From: Eledone cirrhosa
Taxonomy: Eukaryota
Length of the DNA: 64,000 nucleotides
Direction: 5' to 3'
Assembly (NCBI GenBank): GCA_964016885.1
Contig: OZ024746.1
Coordinates: 36,084,001 to 36,148,000, forward strand
Of this stretch, positions 12,884 through 24,126 are shown piece after piece. The notes under the pieces were generated by a model. It was not told where the DNA came from. It saw nothing but the letters and a program-made list of their open reading frames with translations, and made no database searches. Positions within the stretch are counted from its first letter, which is position 1. Each line of letters begins with the position of its first letter. The position numbers and the translations under genes were made by a program.

Positions 12884-13585
12884 TGCATGTGGCGTATATA
12901 ATTAAATACGATTTCATTATTCATTATATAATTATATATTTAATAACCATATTTTTATTACGAAAATATCAAAAAAAATATCAATATCAGTATTAATAGG
13001 AATACTCTATATGAAAATAGTGACTCTGATAAAATAAAGTCATCGATATTCCTACAATTGTTTTTATAATATATCGTTTGCTAATTATTTTTATTATTAA
13101 TTGAAAAAAAAAATCATTAAGCATCTCAAATGCATAACAGCAACGATTAAAATATATGTATAATAATAACAATAACATAGATCCTAGACTCCAACAATAA
13201 ATGTGAAAATTATTTTGGTGATAAAGATAATGATAAATATATAGTGCGCTGCAGCAATATGGTTGTAATTAGTTAAATGTTTAATTAAACCGATTTTCAA
13301 CTTTTATTTTTAAAATCCGTGATAGTTCGCTACGAAAATACTTAATGCGTCACTGCACTAACCCCAATGCACAGACATATATTCATACATCACACGCATA
13401 AACATTTGTGTCTATTTGTATATACATACATACATAAATACATACATATATATATATATATTAATAAGAGGAATTCCAACTTTGTCTGATTTACTCGTTT
13501 TATTTACAATCCTTTAAAATATATATAATATAATATGGAATTATAATGAAATAGTATGATAGAATATTAAATTCTAAGTGTTAAT

Positions 13586-13624
13586 TGAACAAGTACTTTC
13601 ATGCTTTCGCAATCTTCAGGTTCA
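13586..13624 (-). ncRNA. Minimal type I hammerhead ribozyme motif
   Basis: UGAAC-CUGAAGA-UUGC GAAA GCAU-GAAA-GUAC-UU-GUUCA: stem I UGAAC/GUUCA, conserved core, GAAA-capped stem II, palindromic stem III (AAGUACUU). Confidence 0.8.
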
Positions 13625-14001
13625 TGATATGTGGTGACAGTCGAGTTTGCAATTTTCAACTGTAATGAGATGGGTAAATTTACTACATTTTATACATTTT
13701 ATACAGAGAAAAGTGGCTCCGGAATGCAAAGCCCTGTAAACTGTATTTCGACCAATCAGTGTGTAGTTTCACTGAATTACTACAGCTGATTGGTTTAAGC
13801 GTCACGGCTGGTTGAGCATGCTAACGACCAATAATCATACCCAACGTATCAATTGTTTTGCTTTTTGAAATGATGAAAATAGCATTTTCTATTAATCATC
13901 ACCATCAACATCACTTTTATTATTATTATTATTATTGTTGTTGTTGTTGTTGTTAGTGGTCGTGGTCATAGTGGTAGTAGAAGTAATACCCCTAGGCGTT
14001 A

Positions 14002-15912
14002 TTATTGTTCATTTAGCTTGGGTTTGAATTTATCAATAAAATTCTTTTCTTTGATTTTTCTCTTGATTTCACTTGGGCTGTGTAATTTGTAGAATGGGAA
14101 TATTATAAATATTCCCTGACCACATGTTGCCAGGTGGCCGCTTAGGGGTATCTGACGGACATTTGGGTCTCTGATTTGTTGACGGTGTACACGTGCACGT
14201 TCCGATAGTGCATTTCCAGTTTGACCGATATATAGTTCTTCACAATTCGGGCATTTAATGCAGTAAATTAGATTTCTGCTTTTGCAGTTCATATTTGCAT
14301 TTGGGAATATTTTTCCAGTTTTTGTTTTCATATATTGACCGGCGTGTATGGATTGACATGTGCCGCATCGATTATCATTGCATTTAGATACAGTGAATGA
14401 TTGGTCTTTGTTGTTAAGGTCAAACTTTGCTTTTGTTAGCAATTGCTTCACATTTTTTGGCTGTCTTTTACTAAGAGTCAAAGATCGATCTGTGATTAAG
14501 CCTTTTAATTCATTACTTTGAGCAATGATCGGTAGGTTTGCTTTGGCAGTGTTGAATATATTCTGGTGACATGGGTTGTGTGTCATTATAAATGGTATGA
14601 CCAGTTCTTGGTTTCTTCTTCCTTGGGTTGTTCTAAGTTGTTGTATAGGTATTTTTATAGCCCGCTGTATGCCATTTTCTCTAAGTAGACATGGGTATTT
14701 TTGTTTGAGCAAAAATTCTCTTAGTTCTGTTAGGCGTTTGTACCTGGTATTCGTATCTTCTACAATGGTACAAATTCTTCTGGCTAGGCAGTATGGGATG
14801 TTGCGTTTTGTATGAGGTGGATGACACGACTTAAAATTCAGATATTGATGCGTGTCTGTGTGTTTATAATATATATCCGTGGTAATGGTGGTGTCGTTTT
14901 TGATTATCATTATATCTAGGAATGGTAATTTGGTCCTACTCATCTCTTTTGTGAATTGGAGAGATGGGTCTAGGTTATTCAGGAGGATATTGAACTCATC
15001 CAGTGTATCTAGAGATTCTATCCAGATGATGAAACAGTCGTCAAGGTATCTCTTCAAAGATTTATCAATGTACTTTCTAAAGTCAGTACTATATTTTTCC
15101 TCTATTTCTTGGTAGAGTTGTTGTTCTAAGTATCCCATTACAGAGTTCGCGTAAACGGGAGCAAATTTCGTTCCCATCGCTGTGCCTCTAATTTGGATGT
15201 AATTCTTTCCATTGAAGAAGAAAGTGTTGTTTTCTAGAATAAGTTTAACTGCGTCTAATATAAATGGCGCTGTGAATCTAATGGGAATCACTTCTCTATG
15301 TTTTTCCACCCAGTATTTAACCGCCTTTATTCCTAAATCATGTGTAATGTTGGTGTAAAGGCTTACCACATCAAAACTGAGTAGAAGTGAATTCGTTTCC
15401 GTGGTTTTGGGAAGATGGGACAGGAAGTCGATATCATCCCGGATGAAACTGGGTATGTGAATACATAGTGGTTTCAAAATAATGTCAACAAAATTGCTTA
15501 GACGGTGAGTGGGGCATGTTGGACCAGCTATAATAGGTCTAAGTTTTAAGTCTTTTGGGTGTAATAATTTAATGTACTCACTGTTTTGTTCTCTTACTGC
15601 CGGTTGTATTTCTTTTGACTTGTGAACTTTCGGTAGGCCATACAGATTGCTGGGTTTCGGCTCAAAATTGGTGATGTAGTCTCTTTCCTTATCAGTAAAT
15701 GAGTTGTGGTATTTTGAAGCCAGGTTATTGATCTTCTTCATGATGTTGTGGTCTATATTTGACGGTATTTCGTGATAGAATGTTGTGTCTTTCAGTTGTT
15801 CCTCAACCAAATCCTTGTAGTATTCAGTATCCATTATAACAACTGCACCCCCTTTATCTGCTTGTTTAATTATTATTGTTTTATCATTTTGTATACGTTT
15901 AAGTGCAGACAT
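14002..15912 (-). CDS. PLE reverse transcriptase-GIY-YIG endonuclease (636 aa open segment; the frame extends upstream to about 16330 with one TAA at 16129-16131)
   Basis: KQADKGGAVV, LYGLPKVHK, LRPII, SFDVVSLYTNI, GTAMG, RYLDD, CNDNRCGTC, NLIYCIKCPNCEELYIGQTG. Confidence 0.95.
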   Translation of the reverse strand: MSALKRIQNDKTIIIKQADKGGAVVIMDTEYYKDLVEEQLKDTTFYHEIPSNIDHNIMKKINNLASKYHNSFTDKERDYITNFEPKPSNLYGLPKVHKSKEIQPAVREQNSEYIKLLHPKDLKLRPIIAGPTCPTHRLSNFVDIILKPLCIHIPSFIRDDIDFLSHLPKTTETNSLLLSFDVVSLYTNITHDLGIKAVKYWVEKHREVIPIRFTAPFILDAVKLILENNTFFFNGKNYIQIRGTAMGTKFAPVYANSVMGYLEQQLYQEIEEKYSTDFRKYIDKSLKRYLDDCFIIWIESLDTLDEFNILLNNLDPSLQFTKEMSRTKLPFLDIMIIKNDTTITTDIYYKHTDTHQYLNFKSCHPPHTKRNIPYCLARRICTIVEDTNTRYKRLTELREFLLKQKYPCLLRENGIQRAIKIPIQQLRTTQGRRNQELVIPFIMTHNPCHQNIFNTAKANLPIIAQSNELKGLITDRSLTLSKRQPKNVKQLLTKAKFDLNNKDQSFTVSKCNDNRCGTCQSIHAGQYMKTKTGKIFPNANMNCKSRNLIYCIKCPNCEELYIGQTGNALSERARVHRQQIRDPNVRQIPLSGHLATCGQGIFIIFPFYKLHSPSEIKRKIKEKNFIDKFKPKLNEQ

Positions 15913-16223
15913 TTCTGATTTGTTAATGTTTGGCCTAACATTAGTATTATGTCTAAGAGGAAATTTAGACAGGATGTCAATGTATTGGTCGAGATAAATA
16001 TTTCTTCCTTTTGGCGGAGTGAAATTCGATTTATTCTTTACTAGTGATTCATCACTCTCATTATTTTTATCAGCGAAGAATTCTACAAGACGTAATTTTC
16101 GACAGAATTCTTGGGGATCCTCCTTCAGTTATTGGTGGTTGACTGTTGGAGTCGGTGTGAATTTCAGTCCTTTTGACAGAATTTGCATTTCATCATTGTC
16201 AAGATCTCTTTTAGATAAATTAA

Positions 16224-17095
16224 TTATTTTAGGATGTACGTGTACAGCTGTTTTGGGTATGTTTCCTCCTGGAGTTTTTCTTTTTCCGGTTTTTGTTGTC
16301 CTGACGTTAAAAAATGAATTTTTCTCTGTTCAGGATTTATATTCCTGTTGGTGTTCGCTTTATGAACTTTTGGTCGTGATATTATATTTGGTTTCGTTAT
16401 GTATTTTGTCCTATTTTTGGTATTCTGTATATTATTTTTCTTCCTATTAGCATTATTTTTAACAATCTGGGAAAATGACCTAGGTTTGCTTTCAGGTTTA
16501 GATCGTTTTTTCGTCCAGTTTCTTGTGGGCAATCTCTGTTGAGATCTTGAGAGTGATCTGGTTATTCTACGTTTTGTTTCCACATTCCTTGTTGGTAGTC
16601 TCTGTTGAGATCTTGAGAATGATCTCCTGGTTTTACTACTTCTCATGGTCTGGTCAAAGGAATACCTATCGTGTTTGTGCTTGTTGTTCATGCTGTGTGC
16701 GATAGGGTGTTTTTGTAGAAAAAGCGAAGAGTTATTACCGTAATTCTTCTTTGATTCAAGGTAAGGTGAGTGTTTGTGTTGGCACGTGTTCTGGCGTATG
16801 TTGTGTTGATGAGATTGTCCACTTTTAATGCTTTTTCTCAGGGTTCCAGAGTCTTTAACGTAATTTGCAGCATATTCATCAAGAAATAATTGTTTCTGCT
16901 GCCATAACTTTCTTGATTTGTTTTCTTCTTTCGAGATATCTCCGATCCATAGTTCTCGTAGTTTTTCAGCTATAATACCAGTCGTTAGCTTTGCAATTTC
17001 AACTTCAATTTGGTCATCAATAGCTTCATATTTGGCTTTGTAGCGGGATTGTTTACATTCAGAAATGGAGATGTCGGTCCTGAATTTTGTCAATG
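16224..17095 (-). CDS. PLE upstream ORF (helical/charged N-terminal part, Arg/Ser-rich basic C-terminal part), 5'-truncated
   Basis: Part of ORF 16224..17309; the first ~70 codons come from an unrelated adjacent repeat. Contains duplicated RS(F/L)SRSQQRLPTRN and overlaps the RT frame by about 100 nt. Confidence 0.7.
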
Positions 17096-17233
17096 TAAGT
17101 ATATATATATTAGAAAGTGAGGTTTTTTTTACAAAATGAAAAATAACCGAGGTGTCATACAGGAGTGAAAGTATAAAGAAAAATGGAATTGAGGTCTTAT
17201 TTAAAAAAAATATATATGTATATTTATTTGGTT

Positions 17234-17270
17234 CCTTTACCGGTTTCGCAGTTCTTCTGCTTTTCAAAAG
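17234..17270 (-). ncRNA. Hammerhead motif, U3:A8 core variant
   Basis: CUU-UUGAAAA-GCAG aagaa CUGC-GAAA-CCGG-UA-AAG. Confidence 0.65.
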
Positions 17271-17330
17271 TGGAGTTGAGATGGAGGGTCTTTGGTTTTT
17301 CAAAACCACAGACCCTCCATCTCAACGCTA

Positions 17331-17367
17331 CTTTTGAAAAGCAGAAGAACTGCGAAATCGGTAAAGG
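17331..17367 (+). ncRNA. Hammerhead motif, U3:A8 core variant (one stem III substitution)
   Basis: CUU-UUGAAAA-GCAG aagaa CUGC-GAAA-UCGG-UA-AAG. Confidence 0.55.
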
Positions 17368-18187
17368 AACCAAATAAATATATATATTTAAAAAAAAAAT
17401 AAGACTCCAGTTGCATTTTCGATTTCATCTTTTTTTTTCTCTCTCTCTCTATATATATATATACAGATACACACACACATATATAGATGCCTATACATTA
17501 TGATGTAGTACATATACATTATGATGTATTAGTATGTATGATGTTCTTAACGGTGTGTGAATTGTACACTTGAGCAGTCTAAGGCTAAACGTAATATACC
17601 TTCTATTAGAGAGAGATTGTTTTTATCTACATCCGAGGATACAGAGTAATGTTATCATAGTTTCAACTGAATTACTTTAATTAATCTATCTCTCCTAAAA
17701 GAAGGCCGCGTGTGGCCGCGTCTATGCAGTGGTCGACTGGGTCTAAAAATATTGCTTTCCAGGAGATGAAGGGGGCTCACCTACATATAGAATGCTATCA
17801 TTTAATTCTTATAGTGGATAAACAACATTTTTTGAAAAATACATAAGTGAAAACTTTACAGTGCAATAACAATTTTGCTGAAATATATCTTACCTTCACC
17901 AATAAAATATATTATGCATTTTGCGAAATCCAGACACTTTCAATAGTGACCAGACGTCGACCCTGATTTTTACAAATAGCTCTAGGAAAGCCATGAATGA
18001 CACCACATCATTTTAACTTTGATTTTGAAAGTAGTTTTATAATTATTAATTTTCATTACACTTTTCTAGCTGTCTCGGTGGATGCATCATAGACGGTGGT
18101 GATACTGGTCGGGAGTAGGGTTCCCGGAAAAACTTTTCAGTTTTTTTCTATTGGTTGTAAAATAAAAACTGAAGAAGGTGGCATGTA

Positions 18188-18254
18188 CCTATTGGCCAGG
18201 ATTGGACCCAAGGCCATGATCTCCACTGTCTGTGGAACCTACCACTAGGCTACA
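18188..18254 (-). repeat. Degenerate tRNA-like head (second SINE family or tRNA pseudogene)
   Basis: Minus strand GTAGCCTAGTGGTAGG ... GGGTCCAATCCTGGCC resembles A and B boxes; no intact cloverleaf. Confidence 0.4.
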
Positions 18255-18856
18255 AAGACAACTACGAACCTATTATGAACATTCGTACTTATAAACCTAC
18301 TTTCAACATTTTCAAAACATGCCTTACTTAATGATATTGCTCCTACTTTGGTTGTTACATAGACTATATCCTGGTTTTGTTTCTCATCTATCTAGACTAC
18401 ATTTTAACATGCAATCCATGCTTCATTTCTGTCTCACCACGTTTATCCCCTCCTCTCCTCTCTCTCTTATTTTTTATTTTTTTCTGTGATATTTGAATCT
18501 ACTCTTTTTTCAGGATTTTTTTAAAGCAACGCATGGGCCCTACAGTAATAAAGTGGGCCCTGCAATGCTACTGTGACTTCTTGCAATGCTACTGTGGGCC
18601 CCCTGGGGACCACTTGCCATTGGCCAACCAGGCAACCTGGTCAGTCCGCCATTGCGTCTATGATATTTGCCGCTCTCTTGTACCTCGTACCTTGTACCTG
18701 GCTGCAACCCGATCACGAATTTCTATCCCGGATGATTAACTATAGATTATTCTGCATATGTCGTATTCGATGTCATTTTTTTAAATATAAAACTGGTGCG
18801 GTGTTGGGATAATTTGGATATACGCTATAGCCATATCATAATGTTTGAATGTTCAG

Positions 18857-19025
18857 AATAATTGTTTTTACGCTTGGCACGAGGCCAGCAATTACCCATT
18901 GCATTACTGATACTTTATTTTATCGACCCCGTAAGGATGAAAGGTAAAGTTAACCTCGGCAGGATTTGAAATCAGAATGGCAAATGGACGTAAATCTGTG
19001 CTGCAAAGCATGGCGTCTAACTGCC
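18857..19025 (-). mobile_element. Nin-domain-type SINE, diverged at the 5' end
   Basis: Shared core and tail. Confidence 0.85.
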
Positions 19026-19746
19026 AAGAAATTCGAATATTAGTGTTAACTTCAGTTACTGTTCGTCCGTCCCCACGGCTGTATGGAAACATAGATACAT
19101 ATATCCCATAATATACTATAATACAATATGCTTACGTATATATATATATATAAATAAGCGTTCGTGTGTGATTGTGTGCGCACGTGGGCGGACCTGTGTT
19201 TGTGATGTTAGATTGAGGGTGTGTGTATATGTATGTGCGCGCGCGTGTGTGTTTTTGCGTGGCTATAATAACAATATTATACAGAAAACTAATGGTGTTA
19301 TAAACGAAAAAGTTCGAAATAAAATTAAAAAAGTGATGACAAGGATGAAATGAATGTGATTGTAGTCGTAATTGTGGAAGTGTTTCGATATGAAAGGAAT
19401 AACTAATATTGTTTTGGTGAAGATAAGCTCTTTCGTACATTCGTGTTACTTCCTGCAGGTAATTTTTATTAAGCCTCGATGAAAATGGGCCTCTTTTCCA
19501 CATTTATATGATATATGTGAGAAACATATTTGCCTGAAACCAGTTCATATAATTTGAATGGGATTGTAAATCCTATAAAGCAAAACTATTTTTAAAAATG
19601 TATAGAATTTATATTTCAATGTAAAGTTTCAGAGTGTAAAGAAAATATATACACACAAACATATTTAGAGATGTTCAGATACTCTACAGAGATAGGCAAT
19701 GCCACTCAAGCGAACACAAACACAGAGATAGTTATATATACATATA

Positions 19747-19919
19747 TAATAATTGTTTCTACATTCGGCACAAGACCAGCGATTAACTGGTACTTTATTT
19801 TATCGAACCCGGATGAAAGGCAAAGTTAACCTCAGCCGGGATTTGAACTCAGTCTGTAAAGGGACATAATTATGCTGGAAAGCATGGCGTCCGACTCTCT
19901 ACCGATACTGCCAATTCAC
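19747..19919 (-). mobile_element. Nin-domain-type SINE
   Basis: Shared A/B boxes, core and tail. Confidence 0.88.
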
Positions 19920-20034
19920 AAGATCCCGTTAAGGGTTAAAGCAGCGATTATTTGCTTCAACTTTAATCTGTTATTTTAATAAATATGTATATATATATGC
20001 ATGTATTTTATATATATGTATACATGTGTATATA

Positions 20035-22008
20035 CCGGTTCCTTTCCCTGTTCTAGGCCCCGCTGCAACACCTGTCCCCATTTCACCAACACCACCACCT
20101 TCCAGGGTCCCAACGGCCACTCTCTCTGTGTCCGGCATGCCTTCCGCGGCACCTCCTCCAACCTAGTCTACGGACTTACGTCGGACAGACGGGACGTCGC
20201 CTGGCGGACCGATTCACTCAGCACCTCCGGGATATTCGTCTCGGTGGTAGTTCCCCCATCGCCCGCCACTTTGGTGCGCCTGGACATTCCGCACGCCATT
20301 TCACAGTCTGTGGCCGACTCCAATGCCACGGAACACCCGCCAATCTCCTCAGAGTCGAACAAAGAACCATCTTCATCTTACAGACCCACACTCGCCCCGA
20401 CCTGAACTCCCCACCCTTATTCCTTTAGCCTTCGACCCCCCCCCCCCTCACCCCCACACATATCCCCCACTAACACCACTAACACACCCCTCGTTTTCAC
20501 CGCCCACCCCACAACTAACAATACTAACACCTCCACTCCACCCCTTATCCGACCACCCTTCCCCAACTAACATACTAACATCCCTCCCTCCCTCCATCCT
20601 TATCACACGCACACACCCACCGGCACAAATATACACGCTCTCACACTAAACGCACACCCTACTACCACCACTAACCATCACCCCCACATCTCCATCCCAC
20701 CACCCCGCAACTAACATCACTAACACCATCTGACCCCAAGCAAACGAACACACGCACCCACTTACACCACCCACCCCACACGCAACTAACATCACTAACA
20801 TCCCCCCAACCCCACGCACACGTACCCACACACCCTCGTACACCACCAACTCTACACACCCTACCACGACTAACCCCCACTCACACCTGCATTCAACCCT
20901 TTCTCCACCTCCCGTATACTAACACCCACTAACACCCCCTTCATCACCAGTACACCACACTCCCTCCATCGACCCCCACACCCATCTCTCCCCGCTCCAC
21001 CCACACCCTTTCTCCACACTCACTCATCCCACTAACACCTCTACTAATACACACACACACACCCTCCTCACTCCAACTTTCACACCTACCCATCGTCGCC
21101 CCTTTACCATTCCACCCGACTGCTGCTATGCCCTCTGACCACCTCCCAGCACAAACAGACACACAGCACTACCACCGCCTTGACCACTTCCTGTTGCGCG
21201 CGCACCCCACATCTCTCCTCTTCCGACCATCTCTTCATGGAATACTCGTATGTGGAACTTGACCACCGTGGAATCTACTACCATCATAGGAGTTTACCAA
21301 CATTTCAACCACATCCTCTTACGGAATCACCTATATAACTCACCCACACACACACCCCCAAAAATGTATTTTCTCCCACACGCCACCTACACCCACAACA
21401 CGCTTAAACCCCACACACATGTGCTTTCCACCACATACTTACACCTTCAGCCTCCGGATTCCTCTCCCCCCACCCCTCTATCCACACACGCACACACACT
21501 CCGACCTACACTCCACACCACACACATCTGTTCCTGAACATGCAACCCCGTTCTTCCCCCAACCCTTGCTTTCACATACACACACACACACACACCGCCT
21601 TCAGCCCTCCCCGCTCAAACACCCGTCTCCCTCTCCCCACTCCACCCGCCACCGCCCCTACACACCCCACACCCTTCCACCACCTGTTTTACCCCTTTTT
21701 TAATTTCAGTTTATTTTGATCATGCTTTTATATTTATTTTTATTTCATTTCATTTTATTTTGATCATGCTTTATTTTAATTTTTATTTTTAATTTCATTC
21801 GCACCGTTTCCTCCCACCCCTTTTCGCTATATGTCTCTGCACCACTCCCCTACACACCCTTTGAACTCTCTTCCCACACACTTCTCACCTGAGGAAGGGC
21901 TTATCCCCGAAACGCCGTTCCCACCACCACCCCACTCTCCAGAGCGTGAAATTAATAAACATTCGTTGTACTGCCTCTCTGTTTTGTTCCTGTTCAAATT
22001 TTTCATTA
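20035..22008 (+). mobile_element. Penelope-like element C: 5'-truncated GIY-YIG end plus ~1.5 kb C/A-rich 3' region
   Basis: CSRPRCNTC..SSNLVY, then after a deletion/frameshift TYVGQTGRRLADRFTQHLRDIR..EQRTI..LN; HHR-like core and AATAAA (21954-21959) at the end; TA-rich tracts on both sides. Confidence 0.85.
21883..21950 (+). ncRNA. Degenerate hammerhead motif
   Basis: CUGAGGA (21889-21895), stem GGG/CCC, GAAAC (21909-21913), possible stem III ACGC/GCGU; the cleavage site and stem I 3' strand appear damaged. Confidence 0.5.
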
Positions 22009-22019
22009 TATATATATAT

Positions 22020-23762
22020 AAGAATTAGTAAATTTGTATTCCAATGTTACTAAGTAGTTGCATTGGTTGGAGTCAATCGACGTCGGAGATTGCTCAACGT
22101 ATAATAAAGTGTGTTTTAAAATCCGGAGAAAATATGGAGAAGAAGTTTATGAAACGGAAATGCTGGCATAAAGAATTTATTAGGTAAAAATTGTTTCTAT
22201 AGTGTATGGGTTACCTATACCTCGCTATTTGAATAATATAAAAATATTATCATAAACCGAAGGTACACTGCAAGCAAACAGACCATGTCGTCAGACCTTT
22301 GTATTGGAATGATATGAAAATATTCTATACACTAGATAAAAGAGAAAGAAGGAGGTAGGAAGAGAAGGGGAAGAGGGAAGTGAGTAAGGGGGAGGGAGTC
22401 CTAGGATTTAAGACTGTCAGACTAGTAGAGATTGTAAGGAGAGAATGTTTTGGCAACAGTTAGCTTATTGATGCGTGTTAGGGTTGGAGGTGGAGGTAAA
22501 TTCTTCTAGTGGTGTTGTTTGGACAAAATTTAGTTAAAGGGGTCAAAGTGGTACAGAGTTACAGACAAGTTATTGGGGCTATTATAGTAGCAGGTTATTT
22601 CTAAAGGGGTCCAGAAAATAGTGTTTAGTACTATTATTATAGAAAGCCATATCTTGTGTATAAACATATAAAACAGAAATTTGCAAACGGTGGTGTAAAA
22701 AGGTAACATTATATGCATTTAAAAAAAGAAAAAGTCGTTTTCAAACGATGGTTAAAGTATAGTGAACGCTCAATTTTGCTGTTCAAAAGTTTGTTTACCG
22801 ACGTTAAAATGCAGTATATCTCCAAATTACATAATTTACAGAATCGATGATTTTGCTAATATGCAATAATTTGCCAATCAAGGGAGAATGCTTGATTGTT
22901 CCTCCGGAGCTGCCAGGCTTTATCGGCGAGGGTTGTTACGGAGCGCATTTTCTCGTGCCTGATCGAAGATCGATGTTGGTATAGGCGAGCTTTGAAAGAA
23001 GTTGCGGTACATCCGACGTAATACCATTTGTTGTTTCCGGAATTTATAGTACATCGGTAGACAATATTGCGTGCTAGGCAGTGGTTATTCAGTGGGCACG
23101 TGCCTGGTTTGGTGCAGTTACAATTACTTTTTTATGTTTTGCAGTAGTATTCTTGATAGTTTGGTGGGGTTGTAGTTGCGTGTTAGTGCGTTGTATGTTG
23201 CTATGCTGGTGCGCTAAGTCATTAGGGAATTACTTATTTAGTATTGCTGAGTTGAGTTTTTTAATTAGTTGTTCTATGTTAGGTGCAGTGGAGTATGAGA
23301 GGCTAATGGTGCGCGAGTTAAAGATGTTATAGTATTTATGTGAAGTTGTAAAGTGTATATTGATTAGTGTATAGAATTGTGAGATAATCTTAGTGCTGAT
23401 AGCAATATTGTACACGGCGTTATACCATATGTACTCTCTACGTCTGACTCTATTTGCTGGTTTGTACCTATTAGTATGCCTATTGATGTGTGTGTGTGGT
23501 GCAATACTAGTTCGACTTAGATGTGTTTTATTCATAGTACTTATGTGGTTATCGTCTAGATATTCTATTTTCTCGCAGTAACCATATTTTCTAAGTGCGT
23601 CATTATAATATTCAGCATGCTCGTTGAATGTCTGCAAATTAGACGACAGTCTATTTTTATATTATTCAAATAGCGAGGTATAGGTAACCCATACACTATA
23701 GAAACAATTGTTACCTAATAGATTCTTTATACCCGCATTTCCGTTTCATAAACTTCTTCTCT
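22020..23762 (-). mobile_element. Naiad-like Penelope element, 5'-truncated, with an inverted partial terminal repeat
   Basis: RRREYIWYN..HFTTSHKYYNIFNSRTISLSYS and, by manual translation of about 23128-22740, CNCTKPGTCPLNNHCLARNIVYRC..YYVGCTATSFKARLYQH..CKLCNLE..LLN. Segment 22137-22246 is repeated inverted at 23652-23762. Confidence 0.8.
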
Positions 23763-23776
23763 CTATATATATATAT

Positions 23777-23895
23777 ATAGGAACGAGTACGACCACGACG
23801 GCTGAGCTGAAGACGTTTCGACGGCTAATTCTGGACTCCAGAATTAGCCGTCGAAACGGCTTGAGCTCAGCCGTCGGGGTCCTACTCGTTCCTAT
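23777..23895. repeat. 119 bp near-perfect palindrome centred on 23836
   Basis: ATAGGAACGAGTA...CGTTTCGACGGCTAATTCTGGA c TCCAGAATTAGCCGTCGAAACG...TACTCGTTCCTAT. Confidence 0.93.
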
Positions 23896-23971
23896 TACCC
23901 ACTCTACTGCCCTAAGTATTGAGTACTTTAGTGCGTTATGGTCCACCTGGTTCCTTACCGCATTTCCTTCG

Positions 23972-23972
<1 letters not shown>

Positions 23973-24032
<60 letters not shown>

Positions 24033-24068
24033 ATTATATATATGTATGTATATATAATTATATGTATG

Positions 24069-24116
<48 letters not shown>

Positions 24117-24126
24117 GATATATATG

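Larger units (their letters stand above)
13461..17095 (-). mobile_element. Penelope-like element A (upstream ORF + RT + C-terminal GIY-YIG + 3' terminal region with HHR), 5'-truncated
   Basis: PLE RT and endonuclease motifs; a 3' region with hammerhead and AATAAA ends in (TA)n at about 13461. Confidence 0.92.
17178..17420. repeat. ~240 bp foldback palindrome made of two PLE terminal repeats (family B)
   Basis: Arms are reverse complements around 17300-17301; the right arm recurs at about 55644-55775 next to a PLE RT fragment. Confidence 0.9.

Noticed and set aside
12619-12924. Poly-Leu and poly-Val ORFs
   Set aside because: Translations of a (GTA)n microsatellite.
20400-21900. Telomeric repeat array in the C-rich tract
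   Set aside because: No tandem CCCTAA; the sequence is non-periodic and lies between a PLE ORF end and its terminal motif.
22255-22300. Hammerhead in the Naiad-like 3' region (minus strand AAAGGT-CTGACGA)
   Set aside because: No GAAA follows at a usable distance; at best a deleted remnant.
22740-23130. Selenocysteine recoding in the Naiad-like endonuclease
   Set aside because: Some Naiads are reported to use UGA-Sec, but the Cys positions I translated here are TGT/TGC and the stop seen is TAG.
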